In this document: positions 34,545 through 34,945 of the stretch, piece by piece
How the letters are laid out: the number at the start of each line of letters is the position of its first letter
Numbering within the stretch: position 1 is the stretch's first letter
Assembly (NCBI GenBank): GCA_964600565.1
Contig: CAZRJS010000007.1
Span: 1 to 34,945, forward strand
Length of the DNA: 34,945 nt
Source: Candidatus Woesearchaeota archaeon
GTDB lineage: Archaea; Nanobdellota; Nanobdellia; Pacearchaeales; GW2011-AR1
Reading direction: 5' to 3'
Notes under the pieces: generated by a model
Database searches by the model: none
The model's input: only the letters and a program-made list of their open reading frames with translations
What the model was told of the DNA's origin: nothing
Made by a program: the position numbers and the translations under genes

Positions 34545-34907
34545 TTATCTCCGCCCTATTCCTCTTCCTTGACCAGTTCCCCTACCTCTTCCTCCACCCA
34601 TACCTCTTCCCTGACCATTTCCCATCCCTCTTCCCTGACCATTTCCCATTCCCCTTCCATTTCCCATTCCTTTTCCCTGACCATTTTCCATACCTTTTTC
34701 TTGATTTTCTATAATATTTTCTCTTCCTGAATCTTTTTCATTTAAAATAATCGCGTTTCTAGGACAGGCATCTGCAGCTTTTTGTAAACATTCTGCATTT
34801 TCATTTTTTATTTCTGCAATATTGTTTTTCATTTCTATTCCATCTGGACAAATGCCTTCGCAAATTCCACAACCAATGCAGTTTGCTTTGTCTATTTTAG
34901 CTTCCAT
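34545..34907 (-). CDS. 4Fe-4S ferredoxin-domain protein with C-terminal Gly/Arg-rich repeat tail
   Basis: 120 aa. CIGCGICEGICP plus distal ACP (single-cluster type), then GMENGQGKGMGNGRGMGNGQGRGMGNGQGRGMGGGRGRGTGQGRGIGRR. Confidence 0.7.
   Translation of the reverse strand: MEAKIDKANCIGCGICEGICPDGIEMKNNIAEIKNENAECLQKAADACPRNAIILNEKDSGRENIIENQEKGMENGQGKGMGNGRGMGNGQGRGMGNGQGRGMGGGRGRGTGQGRGIGRR
34561..34692 (-). repeat. In-frame ~24-nt tandem repeats encoding GMGNGQGR units
   Basis: The plus strand shows repeated cctcttccctgaccatttcccat-type units inside the ferredoxin-tail coding region. Confidence 0.7.
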
Positions 34908-34945
34908 TTTTTATATAGGGACATTTATTTTCATCTGTTCTTTTA

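Noticed and set aside
34561-34692. Short tandem repeats as a possible CRISPR-like or non-coding satellite array.
   Set aside because: The units are contiguous with no spacers, in frame, and inside a 120-aa ORF with a ferredoxin N-terminus. They encode the GMGNGQGR tail. No CRISPR array or cas gene occurs anywhere in the window.
1-34945. Alternative genetic code or stop-codon reassignment, considered because of the in-frame TAA at 15929 and the TAG at 24277.
   Set aside because: All long conserved genes (ileS, recQ, carbamoyltransferase, permeases and others) are uninterrupted under the standard code and end at TAA, TAG or TGA where family lengths predict. The two interruptions are better explained as a nonsense mutation and a 1-nt frameshift.

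Overview
Strongly AT-rich, very gene-dense segment with many 4-17 nt gene overlaps. It is most consistent with a small-genome, DPANN-like archaeon. That placement is inference from an archaeal-type uS10, diphthine synthase, a TrmB regulator and TATA-like boxes ~25 nt upstream of gene starts, mixed with bacterial-type RecQ, RsmH and MacB-type ABC genes. Housekeeping content: serS (partial), uS10, tRNA-Asp(GUC), ileS, dph5, rsmH, recQ, a Kef-type antiporter, a split MacB-like ABC transporter with an S-layer-like protein, and a redox module (Nox/CoADR, wHTH regulator, TrxB, ferredoxin with an RG-rich tail). The stand-out region is 7.46-13.66 kb. It holds two convergent, translationally coupled gene blocks encoding the complete GTP->preQ0 7-deazaguanine route (FolE2, QueD, QueE, QueC). 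These are interleaved with a second QueC paralog, a NodU/CmcH/TobZ-type carbamoyltransferase, a GT2 glycosyltransferase and a PIG-L/LmbE deacetylase. The cluster is flanked by two divergent KsgA/Erm-family methyltransferase paralogs and bracketed by a 35-nt direct repeat. I read this as a candidate pathway for an undescribed glycosylated or carbamoylated 7-deazaguanine, either a nucleic-acid hypermodification or a small molecule. No TGT, DpdA or ArcS is in the window, so the target is unknown. Other non-coding signals: a degenerate, interrupted copy of the tRNA-Asp 3' half with three stable hairpins just downstream of the tRNA; and a ~65-nt conserved element with a covarying perfect hairpin, present twice in inverted orientation 18.6 kb apart. 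No CRISPR array, integrase, transposase or rRNA was seen.
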